Shown: positions 61,851-64,000 of the stretch, piece by piece
Layout: every line of letters begins with the position of its first letter
How positions within the stretch are numbered: position 1 is the stretch's first letter
The notes under the pieces: generated by a model
The model's input: only the letters and a program-made list of their open reading frames with translations
Told to the model about the DNA's origin: nothing
Database searches by the model: none
From: Euprymna scolopes
Lineage: Eukaryota
Strand: one strand, 5' to 3'
DNA: 64,000 bases
Assembly (NCBI GenBank): GCA_053919585.1
Contig: CM132789.1
Translations under genes and position numbers: made by a program

Positions 61851-61988
61851 TATGAATATACATAACAATTAAGCTACACACAGTGTTCTGCGTTTCATCT
61901 TTGTAGGGAATCATAAGGCTACTGACGACTGCTTACAGGGATTAAATGCGGAATACCTTGTGTAGCTTAATTGTTATATATATTCATA
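61851..61988. repeat. 138-nt hairpin (62-bp arms, 14-nt loop)
   Basis: 50 of 62 positions are Watson-Crick pairs; 6 more are G-U pairs on the + strand. Confidence 0.85.
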
Positions 61989-62006
61989 ACTTTCTTTCTC
62001 TCTCTC

Positions 62007-62037
<31 letters not shown>

Positions 62038-63673
62038 TGAATGTTTTTAGAAGCAGCGAAATTTCAATTGACAACAATTTTCTTCAATTGCAAATTTGGC
62101 AACTATCACTTATTTTGAGCTCAGCTTAGTTTGACAATTCATAATGAAGCGATCGACATCCAAGCAGCATTTGCAAATTGTGCAAATTTATTTTGAAAAG
62201 AATTTAGAAACATTTGATGAACGGATAATTTTACACATTAAACTTGTTAGCTGGCCACCTCATTCCTGCAATTTAACTTCACTATGGGATATGTAAATCC
62301 CATGCCTATGCTGATAAACCAGACACAATAAACTATTTGGAAGACAACATGCAATACTTTATTACCGAAATACAGCCTAATTTAATGCATTGTGTGTGAA
62401 AATTGGACCTCTAGATTGTGCCATGTAGGTGCGAGCTGCAGGGGGTTATATGCCCAAAATTGGATTTAAATTATAAATACCAAAAATTAATCTTTGGAAT
62501 AGACCATATATTTATAGGATGAAAATATTTTTCTTTGATTTATTTTAAAGTTCGACACCTCCAAAAAAAAAAAAAAAAAAAAAAAATCTTAGACAGAGTC
62601 AAAAATGTTGGAAAAAACTTTGGTCCTCTAATGTTTGCACTCACTATTTATCTAGATATATTACTAAAATTATTTATTTTATTATTTATTATTATTTTAT
62701 TCATATTTAGATATATTACTAAAATATTCATATAAAACAACAGAATTATGTCAGTAATTTAATTTTTCTATATATAAATTATTAGCATTTCTGAAAACCT
62801 AATGATAAAATAAAACACCATTGATTTTTTTTATTTCATTGAAGGTGGCAGGGTAAATCTGAGGTGGTTGTCTGACTCACTATTTGCTTTCTTGCTTCCT
62901 CTTCAGTACTTGAAAATTGTTTTGACCAAAAGCTAGAAGAAAGCATTGTTTTACTAACTTTTGTGTGATGAAATGGAAATATAAATGTAAAAAAAAAAAT
63001 CATTGGTTTTAATTATAGAATCGATAATCAGAATTACCAGAGCACTCTTATTATAATCCCCCCCTAAAAAAACCCACAACAACGAACAAACCAATAATTG
63101 CTCCAGACTTGTTTGTATTATTTGTTTATAAATAAGTATAATGCGTGAAATAGTGGCGGGTGTCAAAAGTAAGAGTATAAAAGATAATATAAATAAAAGA
63201 TAATGGGGGTATTTCTGGTTTCAAAAGGTGAGGGAGGGAGAGGGTCATGGCACATGCCTGCAAGGGATATAAAAGGAGCATCCCAGTTAGTATAAAACAA
63301 AAAGGAGAAAGTAATGTGCTGATGTTGGACAAAAGGCAGATGAGATGAGAGAATACTTTTGAAAACGAAGACGAATGTGACTCCAGTTAATTGTTACTTT
63401 ACCACTCACAGAATTGAGCCGGGCTTGAAGCAACAAAAACAAACAAAAGCGTCTGTAATGAATCTCGAAATTCAACAATGTTCACCGGAATGTGAGAGGG
63501 CGAATATATATTATTATTAAGAGATGTTCAAGTCGCTGACATGTGTTCGTGTGCTCATAATCCAGCGTCAAGTAAGACGTACATCACAATCAGCACAGGT
63601 GGGATTACTATTAATAGAGAGACGTGTGATTAATAATTGAATGTAAGAGAGATAAGAAATTCTTTATTATACC

Positions 63674-63718
<45 letters not shown>

Positions 63719-64000
63719 GGAATATTCAGATGAAAAATTATGTATCTTAAGCCCACTCAAACACTACAAATTTGCTAAAAACGATTTTTGTTTATTTATT
63801 TATTTATTATTTATTTATATTTTTTTTTAATAAAAACATATGTACAAGTTCTTTCCGAACAAACAGACTGAATTCTAACCGGATTTTAGATTTTAACTAG
63901 TTGGAGATGGGTAAAGCCCCCCCCCCCCCAATAACAATACATGAAAATGCATCTTGAATGTCCCAACATGAAAGATAGAGTCTAATAAATAAGGCAGTAA

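Overview
This is AT-rich eukaryotic scaffold DNA with five assembly gaps. I find no host protein-coding gene that I can support. The repeat complement resembles coleoid cephalopod (octopus-like) DNA, which is an inference from recognised repeat motifs and not a database result. The window is a nested transposon graveyard. It holds two families of CR1/L2-type LINEs, including a young copy at 25962-28270 inserted into a Penelope-like element and carrying only two in-frame stops, both at Trp positions. It also holds Penelope, R4/Dong and L1/Tx1 remnants, a Mag-type Gypsy gag, several Tc1/mariner elements (one DD34E transposase with a spliceosomal intron), a hAT/Buster element with an 8-bp TSD, many non-autonomous Helitrons (two joined head-to-tail with no spacer), Helentron-type HINEs, MITEs/hairpins and a 4.5-kb polypurine GA minisatellite. 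Two observations stand out. The first is a Pol III tRNA-headed SINE whose tail is a Penelope-type hammerhead-ribozyme/pLTR module, inserted with an inverted tail copy and an 11-bp TSD. The second is a TSD-flanked U2 snRNA(1-34)/SINE chimera whose junction lies exactly where the SINE is complementary to the U2 branch-point-recognition region.
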